Made by a program: the position numbers and the translations under genes. This document shows, piece after piece, positions 52,851 to 64,000 of a stretch of DNA of 64,000 nt (its first letter is position 1; each line of letters begins with the position of its first letter). The stretch is from assembly GCF_964213995.1 (NCBI RefSeq), contig NW_027590159.1:434001-498000 (forward strand), given 5' to 3'. Source of the DNA: Mustelus asterias. Lineage: Eukaryota. Under the pieces are notes generated by a model. That model worked only from the letters and a program-made list of their open reading frames with translations. It did no database searches and was not told where the DNA came from.

Positions 52851-55743
52851 TATTTCATTCTATACAACTTTGCTTTGAATTATTTATTGATATTAACGTT
52901 TATTGACATTGTATTGGCTTTTTTGTCACCAATTATAAAAATCTGTCCCAGAATTCAGTGGGAAATTGAATGAATTTAGACCGAGGATCATGAGTAGCTA
53001 CCCAGCAGTCTCTGCCCTTTAAACTTCTGATACATAACTGGTGTGATGATGATGCCCAAAGTGATTATATAAATTAAACTACCTGCACCTAATATGATTT
53101 TACTGAATCTTTAAATCCCGATTCACCATTACACGGTTTTGGGAAATAATAGTTTTCCAGTGAGTTTCACAATATATCTGTTGCCACATTATTTACTTTA
53201 CAGCCTGCTCCTTCACTAATTTGGGTGAGGGCATGTTGATTGATTAGCTGCACATGTTTCAAATATTGCAATCCTCCCTCCTCAGCCGAATCATGTTCCC
53301 TCTTTCGATCTTGGATATGAGTATTCAGCATCAGCAGAGACGTGAACCATCCGAGCCGCAGGAAAATCCCCTCCTCTTTTCGTGAGGATCAGTTTGCTAA
53401 CTCCCTAGAAACTCCGGTTGGATTTCACCCAGACCCTCTGGAAGTATTGAAGTTATTAGACTGACAGAAATGGAATAAAGGAGCTGTTTCAATTTTTGAA
53501 CCAGTCACCTACAAATATGGGAATGTAGAACAGCATCTTTCAGTATCATTTAACAATGCATCCATCAATCCATTCACTGATTCCTCAATCAAAATATTCA
53601 AGCATCCAACTGATATTCATGCAACTATCATTCATTCAACTGTTATTCATTCTGCATCAACACAGCCATGCATTTATTGTTTGCGCAGATGGTGACATAA
53701 TATTAATTTAATTGGCCCAGTGATCCAGAGACCCAGGACAATAATGTGGGGACAGGGATTTAAATCGGAGCATTGCAGCTGGTGGAATTTGAATTCAATT
53801 AATAAATATGGAATAGATACGAATGGCGACCATTGGAACCTCTCTGATTCCCCAATGAGTGAAATCTGCCATCGCTACCTGGTCTCACAAGGATGTGACT
53901 CCAGGCGGACAGCAAAATAGCTGACTCTTTAATATCTTCAGAAGTGGCCTCGAAAACCAATCAGTTCAAGGGAATTTGCGACAGGCAAAATGTGCTAGTC
54001 TTTCCACCAACTCAAATATCTCATGGGAAGATAAAGGGAAAGAAAACACAAACATACATGTTAATGTATTACAACATGTGTCCTCTCTCTGATTCATCTC
54101 TCAGAGTCTGCCTGTAATTCTTTCTATCCATCCATCACAATATCCTGATGTGTTGGAAAAATCATAATTGTTGCGAACAGGGTGCCAGAGAAGCTGCATA
54201 ACTTTCCTTCCATGAGAGATGGGAAAAATTCACCTAGATTTTCAACTTAAAAAAATTAAAGTCCCTTCTGTACTGTTGCTGAGTAGATTTGTTTAATAAC
54301 AGGCCCCATTGACAATGTGAACAGTTTCAAGTTGGCTTGCAGCCAATCGGTCAGTACTGAGGAAACAGATCTTTGATGTGTTGAACAACATCCTCAGATG
54401 CTTCCTGCCAATAACTTTGAGCATTTGACAGCAGGCTGGATTGGTGCCAAACACTGTGTGGGACAGATTAGCGTGAACCTGACTGGACAAAATGGGATTC
54501 AACCATTTAAACAATAAATGTTTCATTCCCAGAGGAAAAACACATTTTAAATCGTAATCATTCTAATCAAATATTTTCATTCAATGTCCTGTTCATTATG
54601 TGAGTAAATAGTATCGCAAAACAATAAAGTGACCAGATGCTTTTTAGTTTGTATAACTTCCAAGTAAATGTCACTCCAATATTTAAATTCTGTTTGTTAA
54701 CCACTTCATGAAATGCGAAAGAGAGATGTTGATGGTCCCAATTCCCCAGTCAACTGAGATCAGAGCAATGGCAAAAATGCATCGAAATAATATTAAAAGA
54801 ACATCATAAAACTGACATGAACAGGGGGATTGCTGGAATATTCTGAAAGTTCTGTATCGCATTTAAACAGCAGCGTCTCTTGTACCTGATTAACACCCTA
54901 TTCTATTGTACAGTATAATCTGATTCCTGTTATTGAAGAGTTCCAATCATAGCTGCCAATGAGTGGAGAAATGATCAGTTCATAACCTGATTCAATGGAA
55001 GATAAAACAATTATTCTTGTGATATTGTGCAATGTGCCGCAAAGTGCTGATATCCTGTGTTCCCAATAACAGTGAATGTTCGACAGCCGGTGGCCAATAG
55101 ACTGAGCTGCAATGATTTGGATGCTGAAGGAGAAATTTAATGATTCCGTGTCCGTTCCGATTCATTAACTTCTTTGTCAAAAGTCGATGTTAATTTTATG
55201 TTTCTCTGTCAACTCACTATTTAATTATCTGAAGGGCAGAATTCTTGTTATTTTCAAAGGGCTGTCTTGAGATTGGGGCAGTTTGATAAATATAAGAAGA
55301 AACATTGTACAGGGTGAGAGTTTCTTCTCATCTCCAAACCCAAATTGTACAGTGACAGCCATCAACACTGTAAATAGAATCACTTTGTTCATCCCCCGCA
55401 TTTAGTTACACAAATCGATAACAATTCTTCCGATAAATGATGCCTTATTATAGTAATGTGACAGAGACCCGGAATTGTTGCAAAATAGACTGACGGTCTC
55501 TTCATTTTCCGTAAATGTTATTTAATCATTTTTAGAGTTGTCTTTTTGTCAGGGGCGTGGTAATAAAAGCACCATACTTACAATGGAATTAGTTATTTAA
55601 ATAAAGAAATGATGAACTGCAATATCACCATCAGAAATAATGAGAACAATACAGTGAACATACTCAGCCAAACAAATATCCCGACACAGCTAAAATGTCC
55701 ATTTTAATATTAACCTATTGTAAATCTGGGACTCCATTCTGTT

Positions 55744-55842
55744 GGGGGCGTGGAAGGTGGGACCTGGATCCAGTCGCCGCCTCCAGCAGGGAATCAACAG
55801 GCGGCGCCTGGAAAGCCGCCCCCTTCTGCCGGGTATTAAAAT
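55744..55842 (+). promoter_or_regulatory. Candidate VH promoter (GC box, TATA-like TATTAAAA)
   Basis: GGGGCGTGG near 55745 and TATTAAAA at 55834, ~100 nt before the leader ATG; no octamer seen. Confidence 0.4.
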
Positions 55843-55932
55843 GCCGCTCACTGGGACCGGAATCCAACAGTTCGGGAGTAGGTTTGTTCACTGTGCTCCT
55901 GACACAACCATTTCCCTCAATTTACCAGAAGG

Positions 55933-55978
55933 ATGAGGTCGGCGATTTGTCTCAGTTTGTTGCTGACTTTCCTATCCG
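55933..55978 (+). CDS. IGHV: IgH VH leader exon MRSAICLSLLLTFLS(G)
   Basis: 46-nt exon ending G|GTGAGT; hydrophobic signal peptide; phase 1. Confidence 0.93.
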
Positions 55979-56112
55979 GTGAGTAGTTTTTTTTTAATTG
56001 TCCAAGTCTCCCACAGTTACTGTCTCAGTCTTAGTCTATCTCTGTAATATTCCAGAGTCAAAAATCATTACACCGGGATTAATCCTCGGGATTTTTGACA
56101 TATGTTTTACAG

Positions 56113-56417
56113 GTGTCCAATCGGAGGTTGTGTTGACTCAGCCAGAGGCAGAGATCGGGCGTCCCGGAGGCTCCCTGACACTGACCTGTAAAACCAGCGG
56201 CTTCGATCTTGGCAGCCACTGGATGAACTGGATCCGACAAGTTCCCGGACAGGGGCTGCAGTTTCTGCTGCGGTACGATAGTTCATCAAACAACAACTAC
56301 GCCCCAGCAATTAAAGATCGATTTACTGCGTCCAAAGACACTTCAAACAACATCTTCTCTTTGGAGATGACGAGGCTGAAGACCGAAGACACCGCCATCT
56401 ATTACTGTGCAAGAGAC
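56113..56417 (+). CDS. IGHV: Germline IgM-type VH segment, open frame
   Basis: TTTTACAG acceptor; [14 protein letters not shown]...[25 protein letters not shown]...[31 protein letters not shown]. Confidence 0.97.
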
Positions 56418-56456
56418 CACAGCGAGAGGAACCAGGGATGGACCCGAACAAGAACA
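56418..56456 (+). other. VH 23-RSS
   Basis: CACAGCG, 23 nt spacer, ACAAGAACA. Confidence 0.92.
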
Positions 56457-56829
56457 GCTCGAGAGGGAATTCAGCAACTTCCATCATAACCTGACGGTCA
56501 GGATCTGTTTTAAATGTAATATTAAGGACAGTGATCAGAACCAAAACACAAACCGCTTCTGACAAACCTAACATAAAGGAAATTAAACATTTAACCGAGC
56601 AAACTCACAGACATAATGGGATGAGCTTTTCACTCTGCTTATATTTACTGTTAACAGTTTCTGCAGTTACAGACCTGGATGATATTGCTCGTTTTAATAT
56701 TTCTGAGACTTCGAGGAGATGTTTCCAGATTGTACTTTGTAAACTGTTGCATAAATTGTAAATTATATCAAAAATTCTGGTCTATTTGTAGTGAATATTG
56801 AGCGGCAGTACTGAACAGAGACTGAGTGC

Positions 56830-56909
56830 AGTTTTTGTGCGGGTGTGTGTCACTGTGATACAGCAGTGGGTCATAGTGCTGAGCAGAGCGACACCCTCAT
56901 ACAAAAACC
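56830..56909 (+). other. DH1 segment (56858-56871) with 12-RSS and 22-RSS
   Basis: AGTTTTTGT-12-CACTGTG | ATACAGCAGTGGGT | CATAGTG-22-ACAAAAACC. Confidence 0.92.
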
Positions 56910-57223
56910 ACAGAGAAAGAGATTGCTCAAATTGAAATTCAGGACCACAGCAGGATTTTCAAAGTGAACGAGGCTTCAAGGAAATAATGTGTTGATGTAA
57001 TAATTGTTTGTGAAAAAGTATAAAAATCTTCTCGTAAAAATCTGTGTTGATCGTTCTGCTAAATCGACACAGAGAGCTTAAAAGCATTCTGATCTCCTTT
57101 ATAAATATAATGACCAGGACAAGCTGAAATATTTCACTCAAACGCTCTTCGAAGAGGCAGAATCAGATTTTTGAGAGAGCAGTGAAATTAAATCTCTGTA
57201 TTTTACAGTTAGCAGTCAGGCAC

Positions 57224-57291
57224 GGTATTTGTTATGCTGTGTCTCACTGTGATAACTGGGTGGCACAGCAGTTACTGTCAATACAAAAACC
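57224..57291 (+). other. DH2 segment (57252-57263) with 12/12 RSS
   Basis: GGTATTTGT-12-CACTGTG | ATAACTGGGTGG | CACAGCA-12-ACAAAAACC. Confidence 0.92.
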
Positions 57292-57617
57292 CTCAGCACT
57301 AATTGACCGAGGATGGGGCAGTGCTCTGTTTTACAATCCACCATTATTTACAGCACTGTATTATTTATGTCTAGCACTGCTCAAATAGCCAGAATTAACA
57401 TGGAAAATTTACGATAACTATTCAATTATCATTTGGTGTTTCCAAAAACATATTCATCTGATGCTCTGTGAATTATAAAACATTAGGGTCATTTATGAAG
57501 AGCGAACGGTATCCACAAATACAATTAAAATTTCATTAAAAATGCAGTGATTTACTTTCCCTCTGGCTTGTGGATATTTAAAATAATGGTGGCTTTTTGT
57601 CTATTTTGTGCAGGGAT

Positions 57618-57704
57618 GGTTAGTGTCAGATCCAGCCCAGGGAATGTGACAGCGTGACTACATCGCATACTGGGGACAAGGGACCATGGTGACGGTGACT
57701 GCAG
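57618..57704 (+). CDS. IGHJ: JH segment (57657-57704) YIAYWGQGTMVTVTA with degenerate 23-RSS
   Basis: GGTTAGTGT-23-CAGCGTG, WGQG motif, donor G|GTAAGA. Confidence 0.95.
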
Positions 57705-57879
57705 GTAAGAACCATGCATTTATTTAGTAACTATTTTACTTGAGATTTTGTTTTATATTTTTATCGAATTTAATAATTCATTCGTTCACAGATTGAGATT
57801 TTTTTTTACAATGTTTCAGGTGATTCTGCTGAAAATGTGTTGTATAATTCCGCTGTTTATTGGCAAAAGGTGACGCTGA

Positions 57880-59060
57880 AGGATTCAGTCTCTGGTTGTT
57901 GTCATTTGGTGTTTATCTGCTGAGGACATTGTGTGGCTGGGTTACTTTAAATGCCGAAATTCTGTTAAACAGTTCGGCGTTTCTGCAATGTTTGATCTCG
58001 GTGACATCTAGTAGCTGCGATTTGTACCATCTGCTGCACAAGTGTTTGAAATCTAACCCAATATTAATTAAATGTGTTAAAGTTTCTGTATTAATTTAGT
58101 GATCATGTTCCGCTTACTCACAATGCTGGTGTGGTTATGACTTATTTCTGTCCATTTTAATTCTTAATTAGTATGGTGATGGTCGGATTGGTTGGATTTT
58201 AAATTGAGATTTTCTGTCAATGTTGCATTTGATTCTTTTGAAAGTGTTTGGAGAATTGATCTGCTTCTGCATGAAGCGGGGTTCAGTCCCTCAGTGATGT
58301 GTTTCTCTGGTCAGGAGATTGTGTGTCTGGGGGACTTTGAACAAGCAACATTTGTGAAACGATTTGGTGTTTCTGCATTGTTTAAACTCGGTGACACTGA
58401 ATTGTTACCCGCTTTGTTATTTAATACAAAGAATCTGCGGGTTTGCAACTGCTTGACGCATGACTGCAGGCAGAAATCAGGCCGGCTTTATTGTATTTGT
58501 ATTTTTTTTAATCTTAAGTGATAATTGCAGGTTAAACTAAACCACCGTTTACGCCCCTCGTTCAGAACATAGTTTGTCACGGCATTCACAATTTGGGATA
58601 CATGCAATGTTTAATCTCGGTGGCATCTGATGGCTGGAGCTTTTACCATCGAAATGTTTAAATACGTTTGAAATCTTTTGGAAATAAAATGTGGCAAAGT
58701 TTCAATATTATTTTATTGGAAATATTGGAACTCCTCACAATGTTATTGCTATTATCCCAGATTCCTTTTTAGTTTAACAATCCATATATTTGGCGAAGAG
58801 CTGGTGTGCCGGATTGGATATTGAGATTTTCTTGCAATGTTATATTTGATTCTGTTGAATATAGAATTGAGCTGCTTCTCCCGAAACGGGGTTCAGTTAC
58901 TCAGTGATGTGTTTTCATGCTTTTCTGCTGAGGAGATTGTGTGTCTGGGTGACTTTGATTGTTTAAAATGTGTGAAATGGTTTGGCGTTTCTGAATTCTT
59001 TCTGCATTGTTTAAATTCGGTGACACTGAGTGGTTACAAGCTTTCTGGTTGAATGCAAAC
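57880..59060 (+). repeat. ~620 bp direct repeat with internal sub-repeats at the start of the J-C intron
   Basis: 57985-58440 resembles 58603-59060; gtgtgtctgggtgactttga...gtttctgcattgtttaaactcggtgacac occurs three times. Confidence 0.75.
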
Positions 59061-61989
59061 ATTGTGCGCTTTTGAAAATCCTGGAAGCACGGTTGTAGGA
59101 GAAAACAGGCAGGTTTCGGAAAATAATAAAATAAAGATATGAGAGCATTCCATACACTTTAACTGATGCTTACTGTGTAAAATAAATCATGACTTATAAC
59201 CCTCATTGAGAACGCCATTCATTGCGGCTATCACAAATTACTTAATCAGCAAGTTTTTAAATAGGAGTAAAATAAATAAAATTTGAACATTTATTCCCAG
59301 TAATATAGCAAACTCACCAAGGATTATTTTATATTAACATCATTAATCATTAATCGGCTTTCACAATTCTGCTGTGCTTTGAACATGATTAACATGGCCG
59401 GAAAAGTTTTTATTCTGCAAATGCTTTGTGATTGTGCCTGAAAGTATTTCATTGAAAACATGCTGATTCCACAGCAGCGCTCAGCATATCAATATATTTT
59501 TAATTAATCGTTATATCCCAGATTAAGTTTGCATTCACTTAAATAGGAGTTTTGCATTGCAGTTTGGCAATTTATGTATTCGGTTATTACATTATTTCAT
59601 TGCAGGCGTAGCCACATTATTTCTCAAAGTAATAGGTAGTTGGATAAAGAGATAATTAATCACTACTCTAATCGTAAACAGCTTTCTGAGATGTGGAATG
59701 CGCTGTCAGTCAATTAATTGTTCATTTGATTATGTTTGATTTGTAGTAAGGTATCCAGAAACTGGCAAGAGATTGACAAGTAAATGCTTCAAATTAAACA
59801 GGTTAATTTATGTTACAAAAGGTTAATATTTGCTCTGCAATTAATAATGGCATCCTGTTTCCCATTACTGCTGCAGACAGGATATCATTATACGGATAAC
59901 AAATGGCTGAAGAGAATAATTGATTCTATCTGAGCCTTATGTTTAATTCTTATTGAATATTAAATGAAGAACAAAATGTCGTCTTTTTTTGTTCATCATG
60001 TTTCAGTGTTGCAGAGGAGTTGAATAAATTGTGCTCATTGTGTTTTGCACTGTTTAATTGGGATCTTCTTTAATTAAACAATATGATCAATAATTAAATT
60101 ACAGGGAAGGCCTGAAGTATTAAATCTAGGAAGCAATTTTATAGATCATAAACTGCCAGGCTGTTACAGTATATATTCGCACAGAAAAATTCAGTTTAAC
60201 ACTTTTGTAGGTTAAAAGAAAGCATTTAGAGTAAAAGTAAAATATTAAGATGCAATTAGATGTAAGTAGAAGTATTTTAGGTATCTGACTGTTTGCATCC
60301 AGTAATTTGAAGTTTATTGTTTAACATTATTTAAGATTTAATTGACACTTAATTATTTAAAGTTCCAGACAAAAGCAGGATTTGAATCAGTGAAAGCTAT
60401 TATTATTATAGAATACAAATCAGCCAACAGGAGTACTAACTGACAATTAACAATAACCTAAAATATAAATATAATTAATTCAACATAAGTGAACTACTAC
60501 AATATTTAATTGGATCAAAAATGAATTCAGACAACAATGCATTTCTTTACTCAGCTCTGCTCCGCTCGATACAGTGTTTTGCCTCGATGATTTTGTTGCT
60601 TTCATTTAATTAAAGAATTCGATCAAATCACCGAATAATTTTCAGTGTAAATGTTTGCTGGTTTGTTTAATTCTGTGACACAGCATTTCTGTTATGTAAA
60701 AAAAAAGTCTATCCTGAGTACATTTAATGTACTCATTTTCATCGAAATTATATTTTTGCCCTGTTTTCGATATTTGAGGCAGACAGGGATACATTGCTGA
60801 AAGTTATAGGGTGTTTTGAAATTAATATCAGTTTAATTTAAAAGAGGTTTTTGAATTGTTGTTGTTGTAGGTTGACCATTGTTCAATTAGAATAAATCAG
60901 TTTCAATGTGCTTCACAGATTGAACAAATCTATCTGCTGGGAACTCGATTGTTACACCGTTTGTTTCTGTTCTGTTTCTGTGCGCGTGGTTACCGTGTTG
61001 GGACCAATAATTTTTCTGACTGCTTGTAAATCTTCTGATTCCTTCTCCTGTATCTTCGGGGCAAAAGTTTGGCTTATTTCTGCAATCAACTTGTGCGGTG
61101 AGGAATGTGACAGTTTGACTTGATTTTTTTACTAGGCGTCTCAGAAATGAGATCCCTGACCCAGAATGTGACCGTCGGACAAAGCAGAAACGTCAGAAAG
61201 AGTGTGGAAGGAGATTTGGTTTTTTTTTAACCAGTGATGTACCAACCTTGGGAATTTTCGATGAACAAATACAAAGGGAGATATAACCTATTGCACTCCG
61301 TATTATAGCAGACTCTTTCCAAATTAATAGGAGATTTAGACCGTCAATTCCGGTTGTGTCTTACTTTTAGTCCATGAATGGGATTTTAGAGTCGCTGGCT
61401 AGGGCAAAATTTGTTATCTGTCCCTAATTGTCATTTCAAAAAGTGCTGATATGAAGTATCCTTGAATAACTGCAGACCATGTGGTGTCGATATGCCTACA
61501 GTGCCATTCGGGATGAAGTTCCAGGATATTAACCCAGCGACTGTGAAGGAACGGCGATATTGTTTCACGTCAGGATGTTGTGTGTTTTGGAGGGGAGCTT
61601 GCAAGATGTAGTTTGGACAGTGTATTCTATGGAGTCTTGGTGATTTGCTGCAACGCATCATATGTGTGATACACCCTGCTGTCACTGCTTGTTGGTGATG
61701 GAGGAAGTGGATGGGGTGAATGTCGGGGTGGGAAAGTTTCCTGGGAAGCGACGACTTTCTTTAGATTTTCTCAACAGTCGCTCATTGTGGCAAGTGGAAA
61801 TTATTCAATTATAGACCTGAATTGTGAATGGTTTAAATGTTTCTCCAACCGTTAGCCCGCGTGCCATATTCAGTTCATTTACTAAACACCCACCCACCCC
61901 CACCCCACACACTATGAGAATTGCTGAGAGTGCGTGTGGAATGTGAGGGTGAAGATGATTATTAAGACTGAGAGACCCAGATAGAAAAT

Positions 61990-63475
61990 TACACGTACCA
62001 CACTCTCACACACATAAATACATACATCTGCACTCATATATTATCTCTCGCTCTCTCTTGCTCTCTCGCTCACTCTCACTCTCTCTCTCACACACCCACA
62101 AACAAACAAACACACACATACATATTCATGCTCACGCTCTCTCTCAAGATTTCTGTCAAACCCATATGCATTCTATCTCTCACACGTCGCACACGCTTTC
62201 ACACGCAGAAAAGCAGATATACTCTCGCTCTCCCAAGCAATGTCTCAAAAACACTCACGCACATTCTCACTTACACACAGAGACTCAATCCCACGCTCTC
62301 GCACACCACACTTTTCTCTCTCTCGTCCTCTTTCTCACACACACTATCTTTCACATACCCTCTGCCACAAACTCACTCTGTCCAAATTCATTCACAATCT
62401 CACAATCCCTCTTGCACACAAACTCTCTCTCACACATGCACATATTTCTCTCTTTCCCACACACTCTCTCTCTCTCAAATTATTTCACACATGTACATTC
62501 TTGATCTCAAAACCGGTCTCTCTCAAAGACTCAATCTCACAATATACATGCACACACTCTCCTACAAACACACTCTCTCTCATAGGCACAGTTTCACATC
62601 TCGCACATATATCCTCTCTCACAGCACCCACTCTCGCATGCACTATGTCTCTGACATACTATCTGCCAAAAATGTTCATTCTGTCTCACACTCATTCACG
62701 CACGCTCTGTCACAATCCGTCTTGCACACGCATTGTCTCTCTCTCTCACACACACCCACACATTTATCTTCCCCTTTCACACAATCATTCTCTGACACTC
62801 TCACACATGCCCATTCCTGCTCTCACACACTGTCTCTCTCAAAAGCACTCCCTTTCACACAAACACAGACACGTGCACACGCTCACACATACATTCTCTC
62901 TTACACGCAGGCACACTCTCTCACAAAAGCACAATCTCACACTCTCGCACACACATTGTCTCTCACACACGCTCACATGCACTGTCGCTGTCTCATACAC
63001 TTTGTCACATATGCTCACTTTGTCTCACACACACTCTCTCCCATACAAACACTCTTCCACACCCATTTTCTCTGACAGGCACATATTTCACTATCTCTTT
63101 CACACTCACTCTCTCACACTATATCACACATGCGCATAATTGATCTCAAATGTCTCTCACAAACACATACTCTCTTTCACACGTACATTCACTCACACAC
63201 AGTCTCTCTGTGTCTCACACACGCACACACATGTGTAGTAAATGCATCTCTCTTAAAGACTCTACCTATCACAGACACAAAAGTTCTCTCGCTCTCGCAG
63301 GTCACACGTCACAAACACTCACACAGAAAGACATGCATACTCTCGCTCTCCCAAGCAATCTCTCACACCTCCATACAGAAAAATACTCAAGCACATACTC
63401 CCGACCATTATCTTCCTCTGACACACTCGCACAGTCACTCTGTCTCATTTGCACACTTATTCTCGCTCACATCCT
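61990..63475. repeat. ~1.5 kb degenerate (CA)/(CT) microsatellite
   Basis: Low-complexity CACA/CTCT sequence. Confidence 0.92.
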
Positions 63476-64000
63476 GATACAAGGATATTATTAAACTGGA
63501 AAGAATACAGAAAATATTTACTAGGATGCGAGCGGGAATTGATGGTTTAAGTTACAAAGAGAGGCTGGATGGACTGGGACTTTTTTCCTGGAGCGTGGGC
63601 GGCTTGGGAGTGGTCTTATAGAGGTCTATGAAATAATGAGGGGCATAGATGAGGTAGATAGTGAACATCTTTTCCCAAAGGTAGGAGAGTCTAAAACTAG
63701 GGGCAGAGGTTTAAGGTTCGAAGGGACCTAGTGCTGAACTTGCAGGGGCCCTGGCAGACATATTTAAAATGTCAGTATTCACGGGGGAGGTGCCGGATAA
63801 TTGGAGGGTGGCTCATGTTGTTCCTTTGTTTAAAAAAGGTTCAATAAGAAATCCGGGAAATTATCGGCCAGTAAGTTTGACGTCGGTGGTGGGCAAGTTA
63901 TTGGAAGGTGTGATAAGGGATAGGATCTACAAATATTTGGATAGACAGGGACTTATTAGGGAGAGTCAACGTGGCTTTGTGCGTGGTAGGTCATGTTTGA
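63476..64000 (+). mobile_element. CR1 LINE fragments
   Basis: 3' RT fragment followed by VVPLFKKG..NPGNYRPVSLTSVVGK segment running off the window. Confidence 0.85.

Larger units (their letters stand above)
39860..54050 (+). repeat. Old tandem segmental duplication (~39860-47850 vs ~49558-54050)
   Basis: Colinear blocks: 39930-40090/49620-49800; 41450-42120/50280-50930; 44700-45300/51050-52010; 46720-47850/52915-54040. Confidence 0.8.

Noticed and set aside
55998-56489. 163-aa ORF as a complete gene
   Set aside because: Read-through of leader intron, VH exon and RSS; the true structure is a spliced leader plus VH.
62058-63494. Long His/Thr/Ser/Leu-rich ORFs up to 315 aa
   Set aside because: Translations of the CA/CT microsatellite.

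Overview
Cartilaginous-fish (shark-like) genomic DNA with two oppositely oriented immunoglobulin heavy-chain (IgM-type) cluster pieces in a TE-rich background. Minus strand (~5.4-21.7 kb): a pseudogenised C-mu unit (CH1 split by a CR1 LINE and frameshifted, CH2 stop and Cys loss, CH3 Cys loss, CH4 with damaged secretory tail, intact TM exon) plus most of its J-C intron. I found no V, D or J for it: the intron homology stops at a G-rich repeat joined to a decayed tandem tRNA-Val array. Plus strand (55.9-64 kb): a germline leader-VH-D1-D2-JH cluster with RSSs (V 23; D1 12/22; D2 12/12; J 23), an open VH, a CAC>CAT change in the D1 3' heptamer and a weak JH RSS. Its C exons are not in the window. 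Between the two lie CR1, L2/CR1-like and RTE LINEs, V- and Deu-type SINEs, Penelope-like hairpins, satellites, an old tandem duplication with a young CR1 at its junction, and a decayed multi-exon unit (31.6-34.2 kb) with a possible helical-cytokine-like pattern (by eye only). Alignments were done by eye. Ig exon and RSS coordinates were counted directly; repeat boundaries are approximate.
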